Shown: positions 1-9,055 of the stretch, one piece after another
How the letters are laid out: every line of letters starts with the position of its first letter
How positions within the stretch are numbered: position 1 is the first letter of the stretch
Origin: Methanobacteriota archaeon
GTDB taxonomy: Archaea; Hydrothermarchaeota; Hydrothermarchaeia; Hydrothermarchaeales; JACRDW01
Assembly (NCBI GenBank): GCA_043820925.1
Contig: JBDRDL010000022.1
Location: 1-24,184, forward strand
DNA length: 24,184 bases
Direction: 5' to 3'
The notes under the pieces: model-generated
What the model saw: the letters and a program-made list of their open reading frames with translations, nothing else
Databases searched by the model: none
What the model was told of the DNA's origin: nothing
Made by a program: the position numbers and the translations under genes

Positions 1-2
1 GG

Positions 3-257
3 AAGAAGAGGGCATATTTCAAGAACGGCAGCTTCATTGAAGTGCATACAGATTTAAAGCCTGGCAAGTATTCGATTTACTACCAGAGACCGGATGGAAC
101 GTACCTGCGCTGGGACAACTCGGCAAACAGAAAATTCCCGAGAATACCGCACGTGCACGAGGGGAAAATAAAGGTGGGTGACCGGGACAGGTATGCAGAT
201 ACGCCATTCGATGTTAATAAAGTGGTAGAAAGGTTGAGGAGAGAGCATGGACGATAA
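3..257 (+). CDS. DUF6516/TumE-like putative toxin, 5'-truncated by the window edge
   Basis: Frame is open from position 3 (KKRAYFKNGSFIEVHTD...). Contains YSIYYQ...LRWDNS...PHVH, resembling the RWDN..H...PH(H)H motif of DUF6516 proteins. Confidence 0.6.
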   Translation, partial: KKRAYFKNGSFIEVHTDLKPGKYSIYYQRPDGTYLRWDNSANRKFPRIPHVHEGKIKVGDRDRYADTPFDVNKVVERLRREHGR

Positions 258-438
258 GGAGAGAATCGAAGAGCTGAAAAAGAAGTGGAAAGTTAGCAGC
301 TTTGAGGAATTCACGAAAAAGATAGAGAGCGGAAAGATAGACGTAGATATTACCGGAGACTTTGAATACGAGGACGACTGGCTCGAATGGGAATACCTAG
401 AAGACAAGCTGAAGCAGAAGGTTAGAGTAAAAGCCTAG
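247..438 (+). CDS. Small acidic putative antitoxin (TumA-like) paired with the DUF6516 gene
   Basis: 63 aa, overlaps the end of the upstream gene, GAGGAG upstream. Pattern KKW.VSSFEEF...ESGK....DF...WLEW resembles DUF6516 partner proteins. Confidence 0.5.
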   Translation: MDDKERIEELKKKWKVSSFEEFTKKIESGKIDVDITGDFEYEDDWLEWEYLEDKLKQKVRVKA

Positions 439-476
439 TTCCAGAGCTCGAAGAACTCCTCTCTGTATTTTCTGGT

Positions 477-883
477 TTACTTAAACTTCTTTCCGACCCA
501 TCCTACAACTCGCTCAGCATCTCTGAGCATTTCCTGTACTTCATCCTGTTTTATTAGCCTGTCCTCGTATTCCGCGGCATTCTTCATAGAAATTACCCTT
601 CTCGCCTGCTTCAACTTTGCCTCGATTTCTCCCCTATCAATAGGCAGGCTGTTCAGCAGCTCTATCGCTTGGAGGTGGTCTGCTCCTGGCTGCGCAGCTG
701 CAGGAATCTTGCGCAAATCGCATCGCAGGCGCTTATAACTGCGTGCACGGATAAGACAGCAGAGGAATTCCAGCTGCCTTTTTCAGCCAGCAGCTTAGCT
801 TCATCAAGGAACTCTCTAGCTTTATTCAGATAAATCTTATCTGAGCCTACTTTAGCAGGTTTCGTGGATAGCCCTCTCACCAT
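477..883 (-). pseudogene. HEPN-domain protein split by a 1-nt frameshift
   Basis: ORF 662-883 gives a HEPN N-terminus (YLNKAREFLDEA...SAVLSVHAVISACDA) and ORF 477-716 the C-terminus (DHLQAIELL...KNAAEY). They join at CGC AGC CA GGA GCA GAC CAC (about 687-689) if one base is restored. Confidence 0.75.
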
Positions 884-1473
884 TCAAATCCCTCACGCTT
901 GAATATAACCTCGCCATTCCTGATTTCTTTAAAGACCGCTTTTCTGTGCAACTCTTTCAATTCCTTTTCCTGCTTTATCATTAAGGATACGGGATTGCCG
1001 AATTTGTTCTCTATTAGAAGGATTAAATCCTTCAGCTTTTCCTCCACCTTGGCACCAGCAGCAGAAACAATAAAAACGTCTATGTCGCTGTCCGCTCTCT
1101 CCCTAGCTTTGACGATGCTGCCGAATAACACAGCGAGCCGTATCTCTGGCAGGTCTCTGATTTTCTCCCTGATAACTCCTTTAAGCGCAGCTATGAGGGT
1201 TTTCTCTTCATCGAAAAGCCTGCCGATAGAGGAGTATGTTATGTGCTCTTTATTCAGCGAGTACAGGTTGACCTTGCCTATGCGCTTTCTATTGAGCAGG
1301 CCGTTCTCGAGCAGGGATTTGACATTTCTGTGCACGCTTGCCTGAGGTATTCCTGCTATCCTCTGGAGCTCGCTCTCAGAAAATTCCTTGTCCTGGTACG
1401 TAAAGAAAGCCCTGAGAAGCTTTACCTTCGTTTTCGTACCAAGTATTTCATCAAAGACATTGTGGAATTTCAT
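877..1473 (-). CDS. Winged-HTH + minimal nucleotidyltransferase (MNT) fusion, antitoxin of an MNT-HEPN pair
   Basis: N-terminal wHTH (FSESELQRIAGIPQASVHRNVKSL) and C-terminal FGS-x10-DID. ATG at 1473 is preceded by GGTG and preferred over 1509. Confidence 0.85.
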   Translation of the reverse strand: MKFHNVFDEILGTKTKVKLLRAFFTYQDKEFSESELQRIAGIPQASVHRNVKSLLENGLLNRKRIGKVNLYSLNKEHITYSSIGRLFDEEKTLIAALKGVIREKIRDLPEIRLAVLFGSIVKARERADSDIDVFIVSAAGAKVEEKLKDLILLIENKFGNPVSLMIKQEKELKELHRKAVFKEIRNGEVIFKREGFEW

Positions 1474-1492
1474 AGCACCATATTTCCATTTT

Positions 1493-1530
1493 TGAATAAA
1501 TTTATTCATTTTTGAATTTATAAACCTTTA
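1493..1530 (-). promoter_or_regulatory. TATA box with a downstream palindromic operator for the wHTH-MNT/HEPN operon
   Basis: Minus strand reads TAAAGG TTTATAAA (1517-1524), followed by the perfect 16-bp palindrome TGAATAAATTTATTCA (1493-1508). Confidence 0.6.
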
Positions 1531-2049
1531 GTTTAATTCGAAGAATTCCTCCTCGTATTTTCTTGCTAGTTCTTTTAAGTAAATAATCAATAGGTTTTCG
1601 TCATTTTTTGTATCCGCATGGAGCGACCAGTTGAAGCTGCCAGTAGCAACGATTTTTCCGTCTATGACAGCGAATTTATTGTGCATGAAGTCTTGGTTTT
1701 TGTCCAACCTCACGTCTATGCCTGCGTTTTTCAGGCGCTCGTATTCTGAGCCTTTGCCTACCTGAGATTTCTCCATTACTACTTTTACGTCGACTCCTCT
1801 GCTTTTGGCTCTAATCAAAGCGTCGGCAATTGAATCCAGGGTAAAGGAATAAATTGCAACGTAGACAGAAGTTTGAGCGCTGTCTATTGCTTTTATAATT
1901 TGGATAGAGCAGCTATCTTCAGGGCAGAAATAAACTTCATAAGCATTGGCTACTGGCTTGGCTTCATGAAAGGGATGCACCACACCGCCTGAGTAGAATC
2001 CTGCTGCAAAAATAATGCAGGCAAGAAAAATCTTGAGCTCCGGCTTCAT
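1528..2049 (-). CDS. Phospholipase D-family (Nuc-like, single HKD) nuclease with N-terminal signal/anchor peptide
   Basis: HNKFAVID...TGSFNWS...NDEN motif, hydrophobic N-terminus, ATGA overlap with the integrase stop. Confidence 0.9.
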   Translation of the reverse strand: MKPELKIFLACIIFAAGFYSGGVVHPFHEAKPVANAYEVYFCPEDSCSIQIIKAIDSAQTSVYVAIYSFTLDSIADALIRAKSRGVDVKVVMEKSQVGKGSEYERLKNAGIDVRLDKNQDFMHNKFAVIDGKIVATGSFNWSLHADTKNDENLLIIYLKELARKYEEEFFELN

Positions 2050-3323
2050 GCCTCCCCTCCGCTTTTTATTTCGAGCAACTTTTCCCTCAACCGCTGGCTG
2101 AGCTCAGGGTCAAGGATTATCTGCTCGATTAAGTCGTCTATTACGGCATCATACTTCCTCACCTTCTCGTCCAGGGGCAAGCCGCAGCGCTTGCAGTAGA
2201 GCGTTTTGGGAAAGTTGACTTCCTTGCAGCGCGGGCATGGTACTGGCTTATCGTTGCTGTTGCTGCTGCCGTTTAATCCGAACTTTTTCCTGAAGTATTC
2301 GTCCACGTCCTTCGTAACTATCGCAGCGTATCTGTCAGGCTGGTTTGAATCAGTGCTCCAGCCTCTCTGCCTCTTCTGCACGCTTCTTGGCACGCCATCC
2401 AACTCGTCTCTGATTTGAGCGAAGTAGCGGAAGCCGTGAGGATGAATTCTTCGTGTTATCTTCGGCAGCCCGCTCTTCTCTGCTTTTCTGTTGTGGCGCC
2501 TTATTGTGCGGTATATCATGCGCCGGAGTGCGTCATAGAGTATAGGTCTCGGCTCATCTATCCTGCCGAGGTCTACCCAGAGCGGTGCTTCCTGGTCATG
2601 TTTGAAGGGATGTGCTTCAAGCCAGTCTCTTAGATACGAAGCGGAGGAAATCAGCCTGACAGGCTCGCCTTTCATGGTTTTGTCCTTCATGTAAAGCAGG
2701 GCGCCAAGCTCGTCAAATTCAACGTGCTTAACTTGCCTTGAGCCAAGCCCGCCGATTCTTGGCCCCACTTCCTCCCATACAGCGAAGAGGGCTTTGTCCC
2801 TTGCGTTTAGCGATGCCTCCCTCAAAAAGCGCATTTCTTCTTGCGTTGGTATTTCATCACGAGGCTTAATCTTGTCAGGATTTTTAATCTTTATTTTAGA
2901 AACCTCTTCAGGGTATTTAATCAGCGGCAGGATTTTTATGAGGTGCTCTGCGTTGGGATAATCTTTTGGATACCAGTGCTCCTCTCTGAGCCACTTAACA
3001 AATTTCCTGAGAGCTATTCTGTAGTCGTGCTGAGCCCACTCTCCTCTATCGGGATTGCTGTCTATCCCTGAAATAAGACGCTTCACATCTTCTGTCGCAA
3101 TGTAGTCGAAGTCCTTGTTTAGCGTCTCTGCCAGAATTCTCAGGGTGCTCAAGTACTTTGCAACCCTTATTTTCTTCAGCTTCTTGCTTCCCCACCCAAT
3201 TAAGCAGTCGCTAGCAAAGCCGAGAATCAGTTCTTTATTTCTCTGCGAAATGCCGCTTTCCTTTAATTTTCTCACCGCATTTTCATGCTTTTTCTTGGAA
3301 TTGAAGATGTCTATTTCTGCCAT
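2046..3323 (-). CDS. Tyrosine recombinase/integrase with C-terminal zinc ribbon
   Basis: Catalytic set R (GPRIG), K, HxxR (HGFR), GW and Y (DRY), plus CPRC...CKRC. GGAGGTGG RBS; adjacent to a tRNA 3' end. Confidence 0.9.
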   Translation of the reverse strand: MAEIDIFNSKKKHENAVRKLKESGISQRNKELILGFASDCLIGWGSKKLKKIRVAKYLSTLRILAETLNKDFDYIATEDVKRLISGIDSNPDRGEWAQHDYRIALRKFVKWLREEHWYPKDYPNAEHLIKILPLIKYPEEVSKIKIKNPDKIKPRDEIPTQEEMRFLREASLNARDKALFAVWEEVGPRIGGLGSRQVKHVEFDELGALLYMKDKTMKGEPVRLISSASYLRDWLEAHPFKHDQEAPLWVDLGRIDEPRPILYDALRRMIYRTIRRHNRKAEKSGLPKITRRIHPHGFRYFAQIRDELDGVPRSVQKRQRGWSTDSNQPDRYAAIVTKDVDEYFRKKFGLNGSSNSNDKPVPCPRCKEVNFPKTLYCKRCGLPLDEKVRKYDAVIDDLIEQIILDPELSQRLREKLLEIKSGGEA

Positions 3324-3415
3324 GCTACCACCTCCGCCTTACTACATTTTGCATTTTACGGACACGAATGAAAAATAAATGTAAAGCCGATAAACCAGTC
3401 CCTGAGATAAAAGGC

Positions 3416-3446
3416 AAAGTTAATGTAAAGTTAAAATAAAAGTTAA
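3416..3446. repeat. Three direct copies of AAAGTTAA at 11-12 bp spacing
   Basis: Copies at 3416-3423, 3427-3434 and 3439-3446, between the tRNA 3' end and the integrase start. Confidence 0.6.
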
Positions 3447-3494
3447 AGTAAAAACAACAATGTTTTAAAATACGGCTTCGAACCAATTGTATAG

Positions 3495-3662
3495 AGTCTC
3501 CGGAGGGATTCGAACCCCCGACCGCCTGATTACTTGGGGGGCTCATGTCCAAGCTTTCAAGTAAGCGGAGGCGAAAGGACATTTCGTCCCCCGCTTGTAT
3601 CCTGGCTTTGGACTTGAGCCTCCATACAAGTCAGGCGCTCTGACCAGCTGAGCTACAGAGGC
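3495..3662 (-). tRNA. tRNA-Thr(UGU) with a 94-nt intron at 37/38 (3531-3624)
   Basis: Exon 1 GCCTCTGTAGCTCAGCTGGTCAGAGCGCCTGACTTGTA, exon 2 ATCAGGCGGTCGGGGGTTCGAATCCCTCCGGAGACT. Canonical bulge-helix-bulge (CTTG/CAAG helix, TAT and TAA bulges). Confidence 0.92.
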
Positions 3663-3746
3663 ACTATCGCAGATAGGACGGCGCTCTTCTTAAAAGAGAG
3701 TGTTATCATAGAAAAACTTTTTGAGATAGTCGTTTATATTCTAATC

Positions 3747-4379
3747 ATGATTTGCGGAATAGACGAGGCTGGAAGAGGCTCGGTACTCGGCAATTTAGTG
3801 GTCGCAGGGGTTTTCTGCGGCGAGGACGAGGTCGAGCGCCTCGGAGAGATTGGAGTAAAAGATTCGAAGAAGCTTAGCAAGAGTGGGAGAGCTAAAATAT
3901 ACAAAAAACTTGTTTCTGAATTTGAGTATCTGGTTATTAAAATCTCTCCTTCTGAAGTGGACAAACGCAGAAAGCGCATAAGCCTGAACGAACTGGAGGG
4001 AGAGAAATTCGCAGAGATTATAAACGTCCTAAAACCTGAAAAAGCCTACATAGACTGCGCAGATGTTGTTCCTGCAAATTTTCGAAGCCATATAACGAAA
4101 AAGCTAAACTGCAAATGCGAGTTAATCATAGAGCACAGAGCAGATGTTGCATATCCCATCGTTTCCGCTGCTTCGATTATAGCGAAGGTGGAGAGGGACG
4201 AAGGAATAGAAAAGCTCGGAGAAGAGTACGGCGATATAGGAAGCGGATATCCCTCAGACCAAAAGACGATTGCATTCATAGAAAACTGGTATAGAAAAAA
4301 TCGTTCCCTGCCGGGCTTCATGCGAAAAAGCTGGAAGACTGCATCAAGAATAAAAAACAGCAGGCTTTCTGAATTTTAA
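3747..4379 (+). CDS. rnhB: Ribonuclease HII
   Basis: GIDEAGRG, VKDSKKL, VSAASIIAKVERD, GSGYPSD motifs. Confidence 0.97.
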   Translation: MICGIDEAGRGSVLGNLVVAGVFCGEDEVERLGEIGVKDSKKLSKSGRAKIYKKLVSEFEYLVIKISPSEVDKRRKRISLNELEGEKFAEIINVLKPEKAYIDCADVVPANFRSHITKKLNCKCELIIEHRADVAYPIVSAASIIAKVERDEGIEKLGEEYGDIGSGYPSDQKTIAFIENWYRKNRSLPGFMRKSWKTASRIKNSRLSEF

Positions 4380-4879
4380 TATTTCTGCTTCAACTGCTCT
4401 CCAATAGCTTTTTTCAGCTTTTCTATTTGCGGCGGGAAGCCGAAGTAATCAGCAAATTTCTGCGTCGTGGTGAGTAGCTTTGTCCTTCCTGCCGGCGCTG
4501 CGAAAATAAAACCCTTGTTCACGAGCTCTTTGACGTGTGCGTATGTGGAATAGCCACGAGATTTAACGACTTCTGCCTGAGTTACAGGCTGTTTTAAAGC
4601 GATTAGCGATAGAGTTTTTAAGACTTCCTGTGAGACGGCTGGCTTGACCAAGCCGAGCAGAGGGGTAGCAAAAATATCCTTCACCTGCATCAGGTAGCTG
4701 TCGCCGCCTATGCGCCGAATCTCCACTGCGCTCTCTCTGGACTCGTAGCTATTTTTCAGAAGCTCGACTGCATTCCTGATTTCTTCTTTAGCAGCTCCAG
4801 AAATCCTGCAGAGCTCTTCGATTGAAATCGGATCCATTGAAAGGAAAAGTGCTGCTTCGATGAGCTGCTCGATTTTCAT
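4376..4879 (-). CDS. scpB: Segregation and condensation protein B
   Basis: IEAALF, TLSLIALKQPVTQAEVVKSRG, TTQKFADYFG; follows scpA. Confidence 0.95.
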   Translation of the reverse strand: MKIEQLIEAALFLSMDPISIEELCRISGAAKEEIRNAVELLKNSYESRESAVEIRRIGGDSYLMQVKDIFATPLLGLVKPAVSQEVLKTLSLIALKQPVTQAEVVKSRGYSTYAHVKELVNKGFIFAAPAGRTKLLTTTQKFADYFGFPPQIEKLKKAIGEQLKQKY

Positions 4880-5517
4880 TACCTCACCGTCACGAAAATC
4901 TCTCCGAACAGCTCCTTCTGCCAGAGAGTTACCTTCTGCTGGGAATCGAGGTAGAGCAGGCAGAGCAAAACCTCGACTATACTCCTCCTAGTTCTCTCGG
5001 TAAGCAGCTCTGAAAATTTTATTACCTCATGCACCTTTGCAAGGTTTTGAATTCTCTCCAGTACGTTTGCAATTTTTTCTTTTATGCTCTCCTCGTCTAT
5101 TTGAATCACGAGCTTCTGCGGCTGCCTGACCTGCCTTGGAAAATTCTTTCTCAGCATTTCCTCGCTCAGAGCACGCTGCAGAGCCTCAACAAGCTCGAAT
5201 AAAGTAACCTTTCTTTCAACCTGCCTCCTCATAGGCAGCTGAAGCATAGCTTCACTGGTTTCCTCGTAGTCAGCATAGCTGCCGATAAAAAAATCGTCGA
5301 TAGTTGATTGCGGTTCCTCCCTAGGAACCAGGCTCTCGGACTTCATTCTGAGCAGGATTGCGGCGGTAAGGAGGGTTTTGCCTGAGAGGCGGAGATTTAT
5401 GGTAGCCATCTCCCTGACTTTCTGGAGAAATCTGTTCGCAATCTCGGCTATATCGATCTGCCAGAGGTCCATCTCCTCGCTTATTACCAAATCCACCAGC
5501 ATTTCAATAGGATGCAT
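4879..5517 (-). CDS. scpA: Segregation and condensation protein A (kleisin)
   Basis: MDLWQIDIAEIANRFL, AAILLRMKS, LLYL...QKELFGEI. Start is ATG 5517 or GTG 5526. Confidence 0.93.
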   Translation of the reverse strand: MHPIEMLVDLVISEEMDLWQIDIAEIANRFLQKVREMATINLRLSGKTLLTAAILLRMKSESLVPREEPQSTIDDFFIGSYADYEETSEAMLQLPMRRQVERKVTLFELVEALQRALSEEMLRKNFPRQVRQPQKLVIQIDEESIKEKIANVLERIQNLAKVHEVIKFSELLTERTRRSIVEVLLCLLYLDSQQKVTLWQKELFGEIFVTVR

Positions 5518-8500
5518 TTCGAACACTCTCCAACTCCACTCCGAGTATCTTGCTGACTCCGTCTTCGTTAGATATTCCGAAAAGCTGGTCAGCAGATGCC
5601 ATGAGGCTGTCTCTCAGGGAAACCACTATGAACTGCGCCTCCTTCGAAGAATCCTTTACCAAATCAGATGCTTTCTTCACGTTTTCGTCGTCCAAAAACA
5701 TGTCTATTTCGTCGAGAACATAGAACGGTGCAGGCTGGTAGCGCTGGATTGCAAAAATAAAAGAAAGCGCTGTCAGCGTTTTCTCTCCTCCTGACATGAG
5801 TTCTATGTACTGCGGATTCCTGCCTTCTGGCTTTGCTTGAATTTGCAGACCTCCTTCGAGAGAATTTACCTCGTCGAGCAGCAGTTCAGCGCTGCCGCCG
5901 TTTGAGAGCTGGGAAAATATTCTCCTGAAATTCGCTGCCACGTTCTCGAATACTTCCATGAACACTGCTTTCTTTCTGTGCTCGATTTCCTCCATCAGCT
6001 TTAGGATTGCATTTTTCTCTTCCTGCAGCTTTTGAACACGAGTAGCGAAGCTACCGAACTTCTCCTTAACTGCCTCAAAATCCTCGATTGCGCGCATGTT
6101 TATCGGCTCTAGCGAAGCCATTTCTGCTTCCATCTTGGCTATCTCGCCTTCTAGGTCAGCTGTATCTATAGGCTCTGCGATATCAAATTTTAAGTCAGAA
6201 TAGCTAACGAGTGCCTTGTTGATTTCCTCGAGCTTAGCTTCAAGCCTGGCTTTCTCTATCTTGGAGTGCTCGGTCTTCCTGCTTATCTCGGTTAATTCTT
6301 CTCTCAGCGAGTCGTTTTTCCTGCCGATTTTTTCTATGCCCTTTACGAAAAATTCTCTCCTGGCTTTTGACCTATCTATCTCGGTTACTATTGCGCTTTC
6401 CTTCTCTTTCAGCTGGGAAAATGCGGCTTCCAATTCTTTCTTCTTTTCCTCGATTGCATTTATTTGAGCTTCGAGCCTTTTCTTGGCAGAAGTTATTTCT
6501 TTCAGCTCGGCCTGCAGCTCAGAAATTTTTGGAGCCAGAATATCGCTTATCTTCGAATCGTTGAGGCTGCGCTGATTTTTCTTGCTCTCCCTCTCTTTTT
6601 CAAGCTCAAAAATTTGCAACTCCAGATTTTTTATGTTCTTGAGAACTTTCTCAACCTCAGAAGTCTGCAGCTCGGTTTCGATTGAATTCTTCTCTTCACC
6701 GAGTTTTGATACTGCGCCAGACAAAGCCTTGATTTCTTCTTCATTCTCCTTCATTTTCTTTGAAATCTCTTTCAGCTCTGAAGATATCTGAGATGCTAGA
6801 ACTTCCCTTTCCGCAACTAATTTTCTCAGCTCCTCTATGTTTTCACTGCAGGTTCTGAGCCTTTCAGACAGGACTTCCTTTTCTCTGGCGCTATCCACTT
6901 CTTTTGAAGCCAGATTTTCAAGCGCTGTTCTAACTTCTTCCTCTTTTTTCAGCAGCACCTCTCTCTCTTTCTCAAGTTTTTTCAGCTCGCTTTCTAAAGC
7001 CTCTATCTCCTTCCTAGAGGCATCGACTTCTTCAAAGCTCAGCTCGCTCGGCTTGTAAAAACCGCCGCTCATGCTTCCAGATTTTTCTACCACATCGCCG
7101 TCGAGAGTGACCATTCTCGCCTCTCCTATTGCGCTTCTTGCGAAGGCAAGGTCTTTGACAACGAGGGTATCTCTGAAAACGTAAGCAAATGCTTTCTTGA
7201 ACTTCTCATCGAAATCAACAAGCTCCAAAGCAAAGCCGTAAGTTTTACTGGCTATTTTTTTAGCGTTAGCGTCTGGCTGCGCAACCTGCAGCTTGTTTAA
7301 AGGAAGAAAAGTCGCCCTGCCTATGCGCTTCTCCTTCAGGTAATTTATGCACTTCTCTGCGGTTGCGTCTGTATCTACCACAATGAACTGCAAGCCTCTA
7401 CCTGCGGCAGCTTCCAAAGCTTTTGAAAATTTAGGATTCACTCTGCCCAGCTGCGCCAGCGTGCCGTAGATTCCATCACTGCTCTCTTTAAGCTTTAAAA
7501 CAGCTTCGATTGCCTCGTTGAAAAAAGTTTTTTTGATTTGCTCCAGGGCACCGAACTTAGCACGCAGCCCGGCGAGCTCTTCGATTTTGAATTGAATTAC
7601 CGCATTGCTCTTCTGGATTTTCTTTCTGAGTTCTACGCTTTCGTCAATTAATGCGCTCTTCTGCGAGAGAGCTTTTTCTAAACTCGCATCCAGATTATTT
7701 CTTTCATCAGAAGCGACTTTCTTTAATTTGTTCAGCTCGTCCAGCTTTGCTTTTTTCTCAGTAATTTCCCTGCTCAGCTCTTGATATATTCTGCTCTTCT
7801 CTGCTTTCCTCTCGTTTAGAAGAGCGTTCTCTCTCTCCACCTCAAGCAGCTTGCTTCTCTCTTCCTCGAATTTAGCTCTCGCGTTTGTGAGCTTTTCTCT
7901 TTTATCCAGTGCGACCTTGTCTTCCTTGGATATCCTCTCGTACTCTTTATCTACCTCGACCTTTAGCTGCGAGATTTTATTTTCAGCGCTATGTTGCGCT
8001 TTTTCCAGAACTTCGTTGCTTGCCTCGTAATTTTTGATTTCCTCAGAAACCGCAGCAATGCCAGAGCTGCACTTGGAGTATCTCCCCTCCAGCTGCGCTA
8101 TCTCAGCCTTTGCGGCATTGAGCTTTTCTTCATGATAAGTGAGTTCGTTCTTGAGCTTTTCGAGTTCTCTGAATATCTCGAACTGCTCTGTTTCTTCCTT
8201 GAGTATTATATCTGTGTTGAGCTTTTCAAGTTCTTTCTTTTTGACTTCTAATTTTAAAAGCAGAATGTTTAGATATCTGTCTATTTTTTTTGCCCTCTCC
8301 TCCTCTTCCTGAATCGCTCCGTTCAATTTTTCTATGCCTGCGCTGATTTCCAGGCGGCTCGAGTAGAGAACAATGCCCTTGTTTCTTCTTATTTCTCTCT
8401 TTAGAAACTCGTGCCTGAGAGCGTCGTTCTTCTCCTTCTCAAGCTTTTGTAACTGCTCCTTAACCTCGTTGAGAACCGCCTCTACCTTGGATACATTCTC

Positions 8501-9055
8501 AGAAACCTTTTCGAGCTCTCGCAATGCCTTTCTCTTTTTTTCGTCGTACTCTGCAATGCCTGCAATCTCGTCTATTACTCCCCGCCTCTCTACCGGATTC
8601 ATCTCCACTATTCGAGTAACGTCGCCCTGCAAAACTATGTTGTGCCCGTCGGGCTGGATTTTTGCTGCCGATAGAACATCTAAGATTTCTGTCCTGCTGG
8701 TTCTCTTTCCATTGAGCCTGTACACGCTGTTGCCAGAGGCGTCTATACTGCGGGTTATTTTAATCTCCTTTGAGTCGATGGGTATCTCCCTGCCGGAGTT
8801 GTCCAGGTAAAGTGAAACTTCTGCCTCGGAGGCTGGCTTTTCCTTCTTGCCTCCATTGAAGATTAAATCAGAAAATCGCTCTGCCCTCAAGCTCTTCGCA
8901 GAGCTTCGACCGAGGACAAAACAAATAGCGTCCACGATGTTGCTCTTGCCGCTCCCGTTCGGACCCACAATTGCTGTGAAGCCCTGGGGTATTGGAATTG
9001 AAATTCTTTTGAAGGATTTGAAATTTTTGAGGCTTATCCTTGAGATGTGTATCAT
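5504..9055 (-). CDS. smc: Chromosome segregation protein SMC
   Basis: Walker A GPNGSGKS, long coiled coils, hinge (GRATFLPL, SGSMSGG), signature MSGGE, Walker B/D-loop LDEIDMFLD. Confidence 0.98.
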   Translation of the reverse strand: MIHISRISLKNFKSFKRISIPIPQGFTAIVGPNGSGKSNIVDAICFVLGRSSAKSLRAERFSDLIFNGGKKEKPASEAEVSLYLDNSGREIPIDSKEIKITRSIDASGNSVYRLNGKRTSRTEILDVLSAAKIQPDGHNIVLQGDVTRIVEMNPVERRGVIDEIAGIAEYDEKKRKALRELEKVSENVSKVEAVLNEVKEQLQKLEKEKNDALRHEFLKREIRRNKGIVLYSSRLEISAGIEKLNGAIQEEEERAKKIDRYLNILLLKLEVKKKELEKLNTDIILKEETEQFEIFRELEKLKNELTYHEEKLNAAKAEIAQLEGRYSKCSSGIAAVSEEIKNYEASNEVLEKAQHSAENKISQLKVEVDKEYERISKEDKVALDKREKLTNARAKFEEERSKLLEVERENALLNERKAEKSRIYQELSREITEKKAKLDELNKLKKVASDERNNLDASLEKALSQKSALIDESVELRKKIQKSNAVIQFKIEELAGLRAKFGALEQIKKTFFNEAIEAVLKLKESSDGIYGTLAQLGRVNPKFSKALEAAAGRGLQFIVVDTDATAEKCINYLKEKRIGRATFLPLNKLQVAQPDANAKKIASKTYGFALELVDFDEKFKKAFAYVFRDTLVVKDLAFARSAIGEARMVTLDGDVVEKSGSMSGGFYKPSELSFEEVDASRKEIEALESELKKLEKEREVLLKKEEEVRTALENLASKEVDSAREKEVLSERLRTCSENIEELRKLVAEREVLASQISSELKEISKKMKENEEEIKALSGAVSKLGEEKNSIETELQTSEVEKVLKNIKNLELQIFELEKERESKKNQRSLNDSKISDILAPKISELQAELKEITSAKKRLEAQINAIEEKKKELEAAFSQLKEKESAIVTEIDRSKARREFFVKGIEKIGRKNDSLREELTEISRKTEHSKIEKARLEAKLEEINKALVSYSDLKFDIAEPIDTADLEGEIAKMEAEMASLEPINMRAIEDFEAVKEKFGSFATRVQKLQEEKNAILKLMEEIEHRKKAVFMEVFENVAANFRRIFSQLSNGGSAELLLDEVNSLEGGLQIQAKPEGRNPQYIELMSGGEKTLTALSFIFAIQRYQPAPFYVLDEIDMFLDDENVKKASDLVKDSSKEAQFIVVSLRDSLMASADQLFGISNEDGVSKILGVELESVRNASY

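Larger units (their letters stand above)
1..3494. mobile_element. tRNA-Thr-integrated element (tRNA-proximal end; the other end lies left of the window)
   Basis: Integrase directly downstream of the tRNA, followed by accessory cargo (nuclease, two TA pairs). The second att site is not visible. Confidence 0.7.

Noticed and set aside
2046..3323. The integrase as an integron integrase (IntI) serving the cassette array
   Set aside because: It is about 8.5 kb away, tied to a tRNA, has a C-terminal zinc ribbon and shows no IntI-like features I can recognise. Action in trans cannot be excluded.
3325..3582. 85-aa ORF upstream of the integrase
   Set aside because: It runs through the tRNA intron, exon 2 and AT-rich repeats; spurious.
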